Shown here piece by piece: positions 24,855 to 36,618 of a DNA stretch of 64,000 nt. Position 1 is the first letter of the stretch, and each line of letters begins with the position of its first letter. The stretch is from NCBI GenBank assembly GCA_040954595.2, contig CM082586.2:5566509-5630508 (forward strand), given 5' to 3'. The notes under the pieces were generated by a model. The model ran no database searches and was not told where the DNA came from. It saw only the letters and a program-made list of their open reading frames with translations. The position numbers were made by a program, and so were the translations under genes. The DNA comes from Balanoglossus misakiensis (lineage: Eukaryota > Animalia > Hemichordata).

Positions 24855-26533
24855 TGTCACGGAATTGCTAGGTCAACGCCGCACTCATATCTCAAGAAAT
24901 GCGACTTTTTCCTGATTCTCAGACTGAGAAACCCTATAGCAGGAGAAACTGTCAATTTTCCACGATTGGGGGCGGAGCTTGTATCACGTGGGCTTGTTGC
25001 ATGTAAAGTGACTCCCCTCGACATCCAAGGCAGACGAGACATGGCGGTTGAACAGTGAACATCGTGCTCTCGTGTGTGTGATCTGAATTCGTACTTTACC
25101 TCTATCTTTCTGATATTTTCCTTCAAACCTTTCTCCAAGTTTGTGGGAACACTTTTTCTGTAACCTCTGTGAGATTTAGTTGTCTACGGGTCGTAATTCC
25201 GAGGTTTTTCTTGGTATTTGTGTGAGCGCAACGCTCAGGTCGGTCGGTCGGTCTTTTCAGCACATCTCTTAGCGTACGTTCTGCCGTGCGCAAGGTACTA
25301 GTATATCGAACCAGGACTTGTAACGGACCGGTCTACGCCGTCAAGGCTCGATCGTGCTACGTTTACGCTACCGTTGAGTTGGCTGTTTGGTCCGAGGTTC
25401 GTCATTCACTAAGGCTTGACAATTTTTGGGACCTCAGTCCGACATAATTTCCGTTACATTGGTGGCATTGCGGGATAAGATTTGTGCTGCTTGTTCGTTC
25501 AGTCTGCGTTTTGCAGCTGCAGACGTTCCTTCAGTGTCGCTTCTATTGTTCTTATACATTGTTGCTATATTGTTGAATAGCGCTATCGATTTTTTTTCGT
25601 CTAGTGTACCAAGTACGTGCACTGTAGTACAATGGAGAAATTCGTCGACAGTGAAATCAGTTTCCCACAATTGGTGAATAAACAGGAGTTGATAAAACTC
25701 CAGGTCGGTCTGTTGAGGCGTCCAATGTACATCAACCTGATGGTTTTATGGATTTGCCACCACTTATGTCACCTGATGGTGAAGTGAGAAATGAAGTGCA
25801 CAATTCAGGATCGAGAGAGTTATAAAACTTCATTTTCTCTAGGGCGAGGCATACGCAGTGTGCTCTCTCCCTCTGCCACTGCGAGTTGCGACACACCGGC
25901 GTCAATTGCTCAAAGCCGTGTATCGACCATAGGGCGAGCTGATAGGGATTCGCATAACGCTCGTTCTTTTTCTCCATCGAATGCAAAATTCAACCCCCGC
26001 ATCTTTTCTTGGTTCTGTGAATTCGGGAGTGGATTCTAGCAGTATGTATGTGAATAGAGGGACAAATCCACCCTCAGTAGTTTACCGTGCAGACAGACAA
26101 AACCCCTCCACCGGTAAAATGCTCATTTGATAGACAATCAGTTCATTACCTTCCAAGTATTACGCGACCTATTGTGAATGAGGACATACACAGGTCTGGT
26201 CGGGGGGAGTTGTTACGGAATTGCTTGGTTAACGCCGCACACAAGACTCGTATCTCAAGAAATGCGACTTTTTCCTGATTCTCAGACTGAGACACCCTGT
26301 AGCAGGAGAAACTGTCAATTTTCCACGATTGGGGCGGAGCTTGTATCACGTGGGCTTGTTGCATGTAAAGTGACTCCCCTCGACATCCAAAAGCAGACGA
26401 GACATGGCGGTTGAACTGTGAGCATCGTGCTCTCGGTTTACGCTACCGTTCAGTTGGCTGTTTGGTCCAAGGTTCGTCATTCACTAAGGTTTGACAATTT
26501 TTGGGACCTCAGTCTGACATAATTTCCGTTACA
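24855..26533 (+). mobile_element. Non-autonomous LTR retrotransposon (TRIM-like/deleted Gypsy-type), complete with TSD
   Basis: 5' LTR 24855-25458 and 3' LTR 26211-26533, both TG..CA with inverted ends TGTYACGGAA / TTCCGTTACA. PBS-like TGGTGGCA at 25460, PPT GGGGGGAG at 26202-26209, and 4-bp TSD ATAC at 24851-24854 and 26534-26537. Confidence 0.9.
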
Positions 26534-27412
26534 ATACTGATAGTAATAATGGCGATTGATCGTAATGGAAATGGCCTTGTGAATTTATAATGTGGGCAAT
26601 GGCTAGCTTGGTTGTTATTCATGTGTATTTAACGAAATATATGTAAATCTCTGTATTTGTTGCATTGAAATGTTGTTGCAACCGTGTTAACTATATTATC
26701 TGATCTGAAAAAAAAACAAAAACATTTACAAGCAAAAGAGAAGTTGCGTTAAAAATCGTACGAGGCTATGACGCGTTCATACTTCACAAGACAACCGGTA
26801 TATTTCATATTACTTGTAATCGTAAAATATTATTTTTGTTTTCAAGGGCTCTTTAATAATTATATCATTGGGCATACATATCACAAACAAAAAGTGTAGA
26901 AGCCTATTGTTTTTTATGTGATCTAATGGAAACGTTTACAATCACATGTAAAGAGTCCTTGGGGCATATTTGTATTCAATTAATACATGTTTGTATGGCA
27001 CAGTGTGCATCTCATACAATGCCTCGTTATATTCCTCATCTTTTTAAGGGCTGGTCGAGCCCAGTATGATTTTCAGTAAGATACACACGCACCTATTATT
27101 ACAACATATAGCTGTGACAATTCTCGTGATGCATCTGGGTAGTGATTTCTGTACGTGACCTAGGTCGATCGGTGCAAATTCGTCCCCAGTGTGTTGTAAG
27201 TTATTTCCAGTACTGACGCACACGTACATAGACAAAATGCGTGTACCAGCATTTCATTCGCATTAATTGGGACACGCGGTGCCAGAGAGGGGCAGTTTAG
27301 ACCACGAATGCACACACAGTAGACGTTAAAAATAAGCTCGCTCATCTTGAGCTCTTCCGACCGATAATCTCCAGAACCACACCGAAAGATCCGACCAATT
27401 GACGACAACAAG

Positions 27413-29318
27413 ATGGTCTACATAAATCGGTTACTCTTGCTGGCTGTAGTGATCAGTACCGCTGTGGTGAGGTATGTCGACGTTAATGTATTTTATTATT
27501 TGGACGAACTTCTATTTGAGAAAATAACTTGTAGAAGATATTATCTTGAGAAAGCTTTTAACAGAAATTATAATGGAATAACCAAGAAGTATCTATCTCT
27601 GGTTTTAAAGTATTTAAATCACAAATCAATCTAAATAGAAGATCAGAGACCGAAAGCGTTCATTTGTGGGGTTGTTAGCCTTGAGAAATTGCCTGTGTCA
27701 CTGTTTGCATACAGTTATGTACTAAAGTGTACCTAATTTTAGTAACTGTGCATAAAGAGGGAGTCTTAATATGTGATTTAAGCAAACCAGCAGAAATTAG
27801 AAGCCCGCCTGGTATACATAGTCTGTGAATATATTAAAGTACAGAAAACGTTCATAGACTGCATTTGACAAACAGAACACACCAAGTCAAACAGAAAATA
27901 TATTTTCATAATTTTCATAACCAGTTTAGCGTGTGGGTCGCAAAGTACGCTAAAACGAGTTTTTTTTTAAAATGAATGTTCGATCATTGATATGTCGTAT
28001 GAATCATGTAAGGACAGCGATCGCAACTGGTACCACAGGACATCAAATATGTAATGGTTAGACCAGTACAAACAATCTGATTAAAACTCTTTGTCTGAAG
28101 CAACACTTTTGACATAAAATGTCGGTTACAGTTTTTCACAGTTTTAGTACATTTTTTCAAAGGCCTAAATGTTTGTCACACAACACTTTTGATTTCTAAC
28201 CACCTTCCTATTGTCCCCAAATTTACCCAGATCTTATTCAATGGATATCATCTCTCCATAGTAGCATACTATCATCCGCGCTCAGATGATGAGGTCCATG
28301 AATCTAATGTCGCCATTTTTTGTTAGGTGTAGGTCGACGTCTTGCGAAAATAATGCAACTAATGAAGATGATGAGTATGTTGATAATATTTTAGACATAT
28401 TGACTGCGAGTGTTGATAAGCGTATACGACCCTTCAATGACGGTAAGTTTGGTGATAAGTTATTCCAGTGGTGATGAACTGCGTTTGCCGTATTAGTTCA
28501 AGTGCAGCCATGTTATATTCATGTCATGTCCTCCCGCATGGCCACGCGAGATCTGACAGGGTCTAGCTCGTCGAGTGCGGAAAATAGTCTGCTGGCTGCA
28601 GCAAGGCTTTTGATCCGTTTGTTCATGTAACCATACTCCCAAGATTGTTGATAAATTAATTTAATAATATCTCACACGAAAATGCTAGGTTTTCTATTTC
28701 GTATGTTGTATTTATACGTTTATTTACACGTTTATATGATGTATCCTGCCGTTGTCTCGTATGACAGGTCCTCCAGTCATTATCAAACTTGGTTTGTATG
28801 TAATGAACGTTCGAGACATTTCAGAAGTCGACATGGTACGTACGGCATCACGTGTATGTAACTACTTGTCTAAATAAATTACACAGATTCGTTACGAAAA
28901 CCAGTTGTCAATATGACACATCGATGTTATTTTATACATGCACGACTGGTGTACATAATAAACATGATATTACACTGTATATAAACATGATATTACACTG
29001 TATACTTTTTATTAAATGATTTGAATATCATTGACACGTTTGACTAGAGCTTTACGGCAACCGTAATTATGAGGGAGTATTGGGAAGATCCGAGACTAGC
29101 ACACAATCGAACAAAGCCTGTGGTAGTTGATGGGTATGTTGAAGAGAATTTCTGGATTCCAAATCTGGTTATTATGAACACCTGCCAGGAAGAAAAGTTT
29201 CACTCGTCGCCAAAACATAATTCACTGATGTATATTGATCACCATGGACATGTATATTACTCATTCAAGTAAGGAGCTCTCTCATTACTTCCATCTCATT
29301 TATATATATATATATATC

Positions 29319-29353
<35 letters not shown>

Positions 29354-31530
29354 ATGTATGTATGTATGTATGTATGTATGTATGTAGAATATGTTTTATT
29401 TTAACTGTGCTTACGTCAGATGTGAAGTGTCAATTTTTTTAAAATCTTTACACGATGTTTTGCATATTTCGCAGGATGACCGTTGTAGCAGTCTGCCACA
29501 TGAATCTTATTCAATTCCCTTTCGACTTCCAAGAATGTTCGCTGCAGATTATGCCATGTAAGGAAAGTTGACAACTTCCGCTCATTGCGAGATCTCGCGA
29601 GACTTAGTTGACTGCACGCTTATTGTCACTAATAAGCAGAAGGAATGCGATTTACTTCTTAAGAAAATGGTAAACTGTATTCATCGTGACGACCCGCCAT
29701 AATAGGCAATTTTCCGAACTTAGCGAGAGTGTTTATCAAGACCTCATTTGAATCTATGTGTGTCGCGTTCTGTGCACTATATACTTCCAAATATTTGGGG
29801 TAATATGGTTTAAAATTTAACTGGTTCAATTTTGTATGTAGCTCTTTCATCTCTATATAAATATGATATTCTACCATGTAGTATAACTGACAACATTCGT
29901 TCTAAAATACCTTGTCACCCTTTTACGTAAACATTTGATGCCATTGATAAATTTGTTATTTTTATAGACGCTCATAATGTGAATGATTGCATTGTGGAGA
30001 AAATTTTTGAGAACGTCAATGAAACTGTTGTCATGGAGCCGTCAACAACGGTTTTATCGCAGTTTTATGTAGTTGACATATCGGCACGTGAAGGAACCGA
30101 AGAATTTCCTGTTGTTGGTAAGTTGCATTTCAGAGGAGAAAGAAGGGTGTTGGACTGACAATATCATCACAGGTGTATTTGAATGATTGAATTAATAACG
30201 GGTGTGAGTTGATAAAATAATGCTGATATAATATTTGATAAAGCAAATCATTTTAAACCTAAGTAACACGTGTTTCTTTTATTCCGCTGTCTGAACTAAT
30301 GGTACAGGGAACTTCAGCTATGTTACCGTATCATTTCACCTGAAACGACAGATTTCCTTCTACGTCTTGGATTCTTACGTACCAACCGGCGCATTAGTCA
30401 TCATCGCCTGGTTTGCCTTGTGGATCCCGCCGACGTCATCACCTGCTAGGGTTACACTAGGTATCACGTGTATGCTCACCTTGGTTACCAAGAGCACATT
30501 GGTCAAATCAGTAATGCCAAAAGTGGCTTACATCATGGTAAATCAAAATACATGTAATATTCCTACATTACTAACGCCTAACCTTTTTGATTGCATCATC
30601 GTGGATTATGTCAATGGATTAAAGACAACAGAAGATTTTTCAAAATAAATATGCAAAGCGACGCATTCTCATTTTTATTCTGAATGATATAAGTGACTCT
30701 TTTGCAAGGATATTTTAGATGTATCACGGCTCGCCATAACTAATTACGCAAACTGACACCAAACCTGCAGAAAGAAACTTAGCCCTCTTTGTCCAACGTA
30801 TCACTGAGATACTTTCCCATGTAGCACCATTTAAAAACATAAACAAGGCTGCTTTTTCCTCCCTTTGCAGTCCATCGACTACTGGTTTGCGTTCTGTGAG
30901 ACTATAGTATTTCTAATGCTGGCGGAGTTCATTGTCATCTATTTCATCTACCTGGAAGGACAGCGAAGACAAAAACTGAAGCGTTTGAGAAAAACATTGA
31001 CTAATGAGGTACTGTTTCTTTGCTGTCTAAGAGATTTAAATACAATTTATAGTAGCAAAATATTTTTAAGCAAACTGCTTCCATTTTCAGTACTCTCGTT
31101 TCTTCTCTATGATTATTAATTGAAATTAAAAATGAAAAACACCCATTTGCAAAGAGTACTAGATTAACAAAATGAAAAATTATCAACCTAAAAATGTTCC
31201 TGTATATTCACATGCAGTGGCCTCTCTCGACAGGTTTACGAAAACGTGACTTGTGAAAGAAATTCGTCGCAGACATTGTCCACAATAACGGGTAACCTAT
31301 GGAACGGAGACAAATCGAATGAAAGTTGTGACGCAATAGTTAACTTGCCTTCTGATGACTTAAAACCGGCAGAAGATGAAATCAAAAGACACAGAGTATC
31401 GAATGACGTCAACAGAGAGGATTGTAAAGACCATCACCTCATGCAATTGAGCCAGAGGATTGATGCGATTTCAAGAGTTGTGTTTTTGACAGCATTTATC
31501 ATATTTGCTGCCATATACTGGAGTGTATAA
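27413..31530 (+). CDS. Cys-loop ligand-gated ion channel subunit, anion-selective type, divergent; copy 2
   Basis: Exons 27413-27471, 28327-28442, 28768-28835, 29048-29268, 29475-29557, 29968-30117, 30308-30537, 30871-31008 and 31234-31530. DKRIRP, WEDPRL, Cys-loop C-HMNLIQFPFDFQE-C, PARVTLG, MPKVAY, SIDYW and IDAISRVVF. Same intron positions and phases as copy 1. Confidence 0.94.
28484..28590 (+). mobile_element. Family A repeat, 3' fragment
   Basis: GCCACGCGAGATCTGACAGGGTCTAG...CGGAAAATAGTCT. Confidence 0.6.
29300..29385. repeat. Compound (TA)n(TG)n(TATG)n microsatellite
   Basis: Seen directly, intronic. Confidence 0.9.
29575..29612 (+). mobile_element. Family A repeat, 5' fragment
   Basis: CTTCCGCTCATTGCGAGATCTCGCGAGACTT is nearly identical to 996-1027. 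Confidence 0.65.
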
Positions 31531-32491
31531 TATTTCGGACAGACACATACAGATCGTGACTGATAGTCGACTATTGTGTGTAAACATATGATGCTTACGC
31601 AGTGAGCACCGACCTATTTGAATATTCAAGTGAACAGATGTATTGGCAGGTATTATTATTTGCATGTTATGGCTCTAAACACCTGTTGTTTACTTCCTGG
31701 AGGATGAAATTACCGCAAAACCGGCCATTGTATAAGGTTGATGTTCAGGGTCTCGTGGTTAACACTTCAACTGGTGTTCGAGACAATAATTCTTCCTGTA
31801 TAGTGTCACCGTCTCTTCTAGCCTACTGTTGGACCTCTCAACTCGACAGTTCTAGAATTGTAGTGCATGTAACACAACGAGAAAGACTTTGGTTCAAAGT
31901 GTCCTATGTCAAAACAAGTAGCCAGTGTCAATGTTCGACTGATGGCACTTGTTTCATCTCCTCATTTCCATTTTGTCGAAACTGTCGACATTGTTTCTTT
32001 TGTGAGTTTACAGTTTTTTTGTACAAAACCAAAATTAATGTAGTTAGATATTAGAGAAGAATTTTTAATTTTTTAATGATACTTTATAGATTATAAGTAA
32101 CTGACCAGTTGAAACATAATTATGTGTGAGAGAATTATTTTCTGCTCTATATAGCCTGGTTTCCTAACTCCCGTTTGGCAGTTATGATTTCATGTCAAAG
32201 TTGGGAAGATTGCTGGTGTCTTTAAACATTGTGAAATTGTAAAACTAATATTCCATAAAAATTGTCTTACCTACACAAGAGAAAGGATAACCAGCAGATT
32301 GCTTATTACATACTAGTATTCAAGATAGAGAAGTGAATAACTTAAAAATGCCTCAGTATAATATACCAATCTACAATGTTCTACTTTCAATATGAGCCAA
32401 ATGAAAACATATTTCAGAATTAAAAAACATCTGACATTGCCTGAGAGTTCAAGTGTGTCGAATATTAAGAAGTAACTATTTGAAATTTGTT

Positions 32492-35150
32492 TCAATGTTG
32501 TGGTCGAAAAAAATCGAGTGAGAACGACTTTGCTTCTTTTCCAAACCTTCCTCTGTTAACCACTCGTGTCCATGTCTTGTTGTAGTTGCCAATGTATATT
32601 TCCGCATCTGTAGAATTGTAAATTTATTAGCTGGACAGCAAATGTTATAGTCCTAGTAATGACGATTGGAATTCAATCTATTGTATTATAAATTAGTTAT
32701 ATTTTAAGGTTCTTAAGGTTAATTGTTTTCTTACTGTTGTGTGTAAACTGCATGTATGTATACTATATTTAGCAATAATACCAGAAGAAAGGGTAACAAT
32801 GTTATAAATACAAATAAAGTAAAAATAATGGTACATGTATAAGCAAAGGGATTTAAGATGGTAGTCATTGTAACGGTGGTCATGTGACTTGCGATGCCCT
32901 CTAGCCCATAACAACATAATGCCTTCTGTGACCACCACACATGACAGCTGCACGACGAGCATGGTGTCAAACCTTTACTTACCGATACAGATGCCTTGCT
33001 CAAGAAGAGACCAGAAATAATTGTCGTTTTTCAGAAAAGAAATAGGCGGATATACATCAGTCGTGATATTTTCAGCTGAAATCACATTTGGGACGCCAGC
33101 ACTTTGAAGCTGGTTGACGATATTCTGAAAGATTTTTTTATGTGAAGATTAGTAATGATAATAATTTTATCTGCACAAATGTGTTCATAATAGCTACCGA
33201 AATAAGTCCGTACAAAATCTAATCTGCAGTATAGTAAATTAATTTATATTAATTGATGTCACCCATGCAAGTTTAAATTCAAATATAGCCCATGACAGAT
33301 TTTCAGTAGGTAGCACACGCGATAAAAAGTGGACCACCACATGGCTATTTGAAACTAAGACACATCCTTTTGATATACGTAATTTAGAGGTGACCGTATA
33401 CATGTACATGTAAACGAGATTGTGAAACTTACCGATCCTGTTAACGGGGCTGCTACGTACATGTTACTCAGACTGTTGATTTTCATGAAATCCCCGATAG
33501 ACCTTGCCACTTGTGCAGACCATTCTCTCAAACTATTACATTCCGAACTAGTCTGTTGATAGTCGGCCCCGCATTTTGACACATATCTACAGGAATAATG
33601 ATATATAACCCAGTGAAATTAGTCTCGATCAGCCAGCGATGAATACTCATTTACGCAGACACCGTACCAAAGAAAATGTCATGTGACCAAATATGGTTAC
33701 TAGCTACTTTCATTAAGTTTCTGAGGATGTATTGATACATCCGGTCTATGTTGGCTGACCGTCACGTAGGCTGTTTTCCCCACCATTGATTTTGCCAAAT
33801 ATAATGTTTGATGCATTTTATGTTCACTGTTATTTATGGTATCCGTGATCGTACAAGTCTTACCTTTCCTGTTCTTCGGTTTGGTAGTTGACGGCAAGGT
33901 AAGGTAACCCATGAAAGACAGCATTTTCTATGTCTCGCGCTGTGTTCCTGATGTCACGTGACAATACAATATGGCTGTCGACTTTGTTGTTCACGGTTTC
34001 AGGCACAAAGCCGTAGTTTTCATTCAAAACCCAGACACCAACACACTTCATAGTCGATGCTGCCTCTAGTCTCTCTCTCAACTGATCATTCGTTGTTGGT
34101 AGTGTTTCAAAGCTAGGTAATTTAATTCCAAACATAGAACTGTACAACTCTTCCGATTTGCCGTATGACGTAGGATAGTGTGTCTTATGTCGTGGTGTGG
34201 TCAAAACAGTCTCGACTGTACTGTTACACTCCACCTTGAATTTCTCCACGGGGACCATGTTTATAATCTCTTTTAAAATGTTAGTGTCAAACGTATCTGC
34301 TAAATATCTTGCTTCTGCAATCGACTCGACAGCTTGCGGTGAACGATGTCCAACAAACAATATGGCGTCAGCGAGAGAACGATTTTCGATGATGCCAAAT
34401 TTGAGCGCTTCCGCAAAATGGCTATACTGACTGTTGGGTTCACCACGTGAAATTGCATTTATATACAGCAAAAATCGCCCGGATGTGGATGTTTCACTTA
34501 CCTGTGTTATATAACAAGAAAACATTGTCACATTAGAAGGCAATTAGTAGGAACGAATTCTTGATTTGACGTACAAGCAGGGCTAATGTTACAGGTACAT
34601 GTACATTGAATTGCAAATCAACATGTTTTTTTTTTACAATCCGATTTATACGCCATTTGAGTTCCAGCGCAATAAATTTTATCAGATATGGCGCTTTGTA
34701 CAAAGGTCATGTGGGATAAAAACGGTCGACCACGAGTTAATTAACTTAGCTCATGATTATCCCATCAATATCTGATAACCATTTTACACAAATTTAACAT
34801 CATAACTTTGACCGTATTTCTTTCTGAAATTTTGATCAAGACCTGCAGATATTGGAAAATCATGTCCACTTGGTCTATAATTAAAGGGAAAAATGGAGAA
34901 ATATGTGTATTTTTTTTTTAAATGTTGCATGACATTTTTACAGTGAAAATGTGTGACTTACCGATTCAACTCCACCTAAATCAAATCCGCCTTCCTCTGC
35001 AAATTGCAACTTCCTCATTTCATCAGGTGCCCGAATGATGAAGTGTCCGTGACTTCTGGCAAGATCGATGTAAAAGTTTCCCCACACCATGACAGCAATG
35101 GTCATGGCTATCGACAGAGCAACGACCGCCTGGAACCATCTTAGAATCAT
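32492..35150 (-). CDS. O-fucosyltransferase-like glycosyltransferase, paralog A (active-site motifs altered)
   Basis: Exons 35150-34962, 34501-33864, 33586-33433, 33124-32983 and 32607-32492; frame intact. N-terminal type II membrane anchor; GEPNSQ, YLAVNYQ and LEQGICIDAEIYIGNYNKTWT. Clear paralog of B and C. Confidence 0.82.
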
Positions 35151-35898
35151 GATTTTATCAACACAAATTACGAAGAGACGATGCGTGGTATATTTCAGAA
35201 CACAATGGCGTGGGACGATTTGAGTAAAATCAATCTAAAGTGGCTTATCATAAGCATGTCGACGTTTATAAATCGTAACAGCTGATCATTTTTGTCAACT
35301 ATTTATCGCATTTTGGTGTAGTATAATAACCTTTAACTATGTTTATGCCAGTTATGTTTTAACATGCTAAACGTCAGCATACTTCGGGAAAATCTTACAA
35401 TTTGTTTACAGAACACTCATAATATCCAAGATGATACACATTGTCAACAGATACTGTTGTCTGAATATAGTTCTCAATCTTCGTGGTCAGTATGTCATGG
35501 TACCATATGTAACAGCTGACGCAGTCGCGTTTCTATGCAAATCTGTCAAAATAATGCGGGTTTATCCTTTATCCATTGTATAGTCTATTAAGTTGTTAGG
35601 GCCATTCTTCATTTATATGAGAGGCTGACCAGGGTCGTTTTAGAACAATGTCTGTCTGGTACGGTAAACCTATACATGTAGTATTCCTAAATTAAATATA
35701 GAATATATTTTCTCGTTCTGAAAGAACCCATACAGGTTGGCTTTATGATAATACCTGCAGCAGTGTGCGTCATGTGTTCTGAGATCAAATGGCGCGTATT
35801 ATAGCAACTGTTCGACAGGACAGTAATCAGATTCGTTATGTCTTCATATGTTATTTTTTTGACTCTTGTATCATGTGTATGAAACCGACAAACAGTGG

Positions 35899-36597
35899 TT
35901 AAATCGGCGTTTCTTTGATGTGCGCGCCCAGAGTTTCCATTGTCCTTTATATGACATTGTATAGTTGTTGAAAATAAACAACGAACATTGCACCACTGAC
36001 AATACCATAGTTCGTTTCCATACTTAGGTACATGTAACAAGCACAGGCATAGACTGGAACTGCCAAGAGAGAGTAAATATAGTTCTCATAGTACCACTAA
36101 AACTATCTGCATTATTGCATTAACCATACGCCAATTAGTGTCTGACTGATGACCTGAGTAGTAAATGATCTACTCTAGTAAAACAGGGGACCCGTGTAAC
36201 CGCCAAGAAATCCATGCAGTGATAAGGTGCCGTTCTCCTTTCCATGCCGCCCTCTATTGACAAACCGCTACCAGGTACTGTTATCGTGTACTGTTGAAAA
36301 CATGACTGACCATAAACGCCTTCTCTTTGCTACCAGTTAATGTTATATTGTTAGAATAATAGAATAGTAGAAGTTTTATTTCTAGCAGTTATCAATGTAA
36401 TCCTATGGGGGAAAAGACGAATGCGCGCAGTTTTCCGGTTTATGTTCTGCACGTACATCCTTAAATCAGTATTTCTTTGATATGCACGTCTACAGTTTCC
36501 ATGTCTTTTATATGACCTCGTAAATTGTTGAAAATAAACCATGAACATTGCACCACGGACATCACCATAGTTCGTTTCCATACTTTGGTACATGTAA
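35899..36597. repeat. Diverged ~140-bp direct repeat pair (35899-36038 and 36461-36597)
   Basis: Both copies read TTAAATC...TTGTTGAAAATAAAC...GAACATTGCACCAC...CCATAGTTCGTTTCCATACTT.GGTACATGTAA. Confidence 0.8.
36048..36290 (-). pseudogene. Duplicated last exon plus 3' UTR of fucosyltransferase paralog B, with a premature stop
   Basis: Near-identical to 38031-38268; codon ACG after STW is replaced by TAG (36270-36268). Confidence 0.85.
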
Positions 36598-36618
36598 TAA
36601 TCGGATTTGTTTATAACT

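Noticed and set aside
30822-30843. TAGCACCATTT resembling the miR-29 5' end
   Set aside because: Match breaks after 11 nt and there is no complementary arm for a precursor hairpin.
31218-31254. Alternative acceptor for the last exon of channel 2
   Set aside because: It leads to an early stop before M4, whereas the 31234 acceptor keeps the frame.
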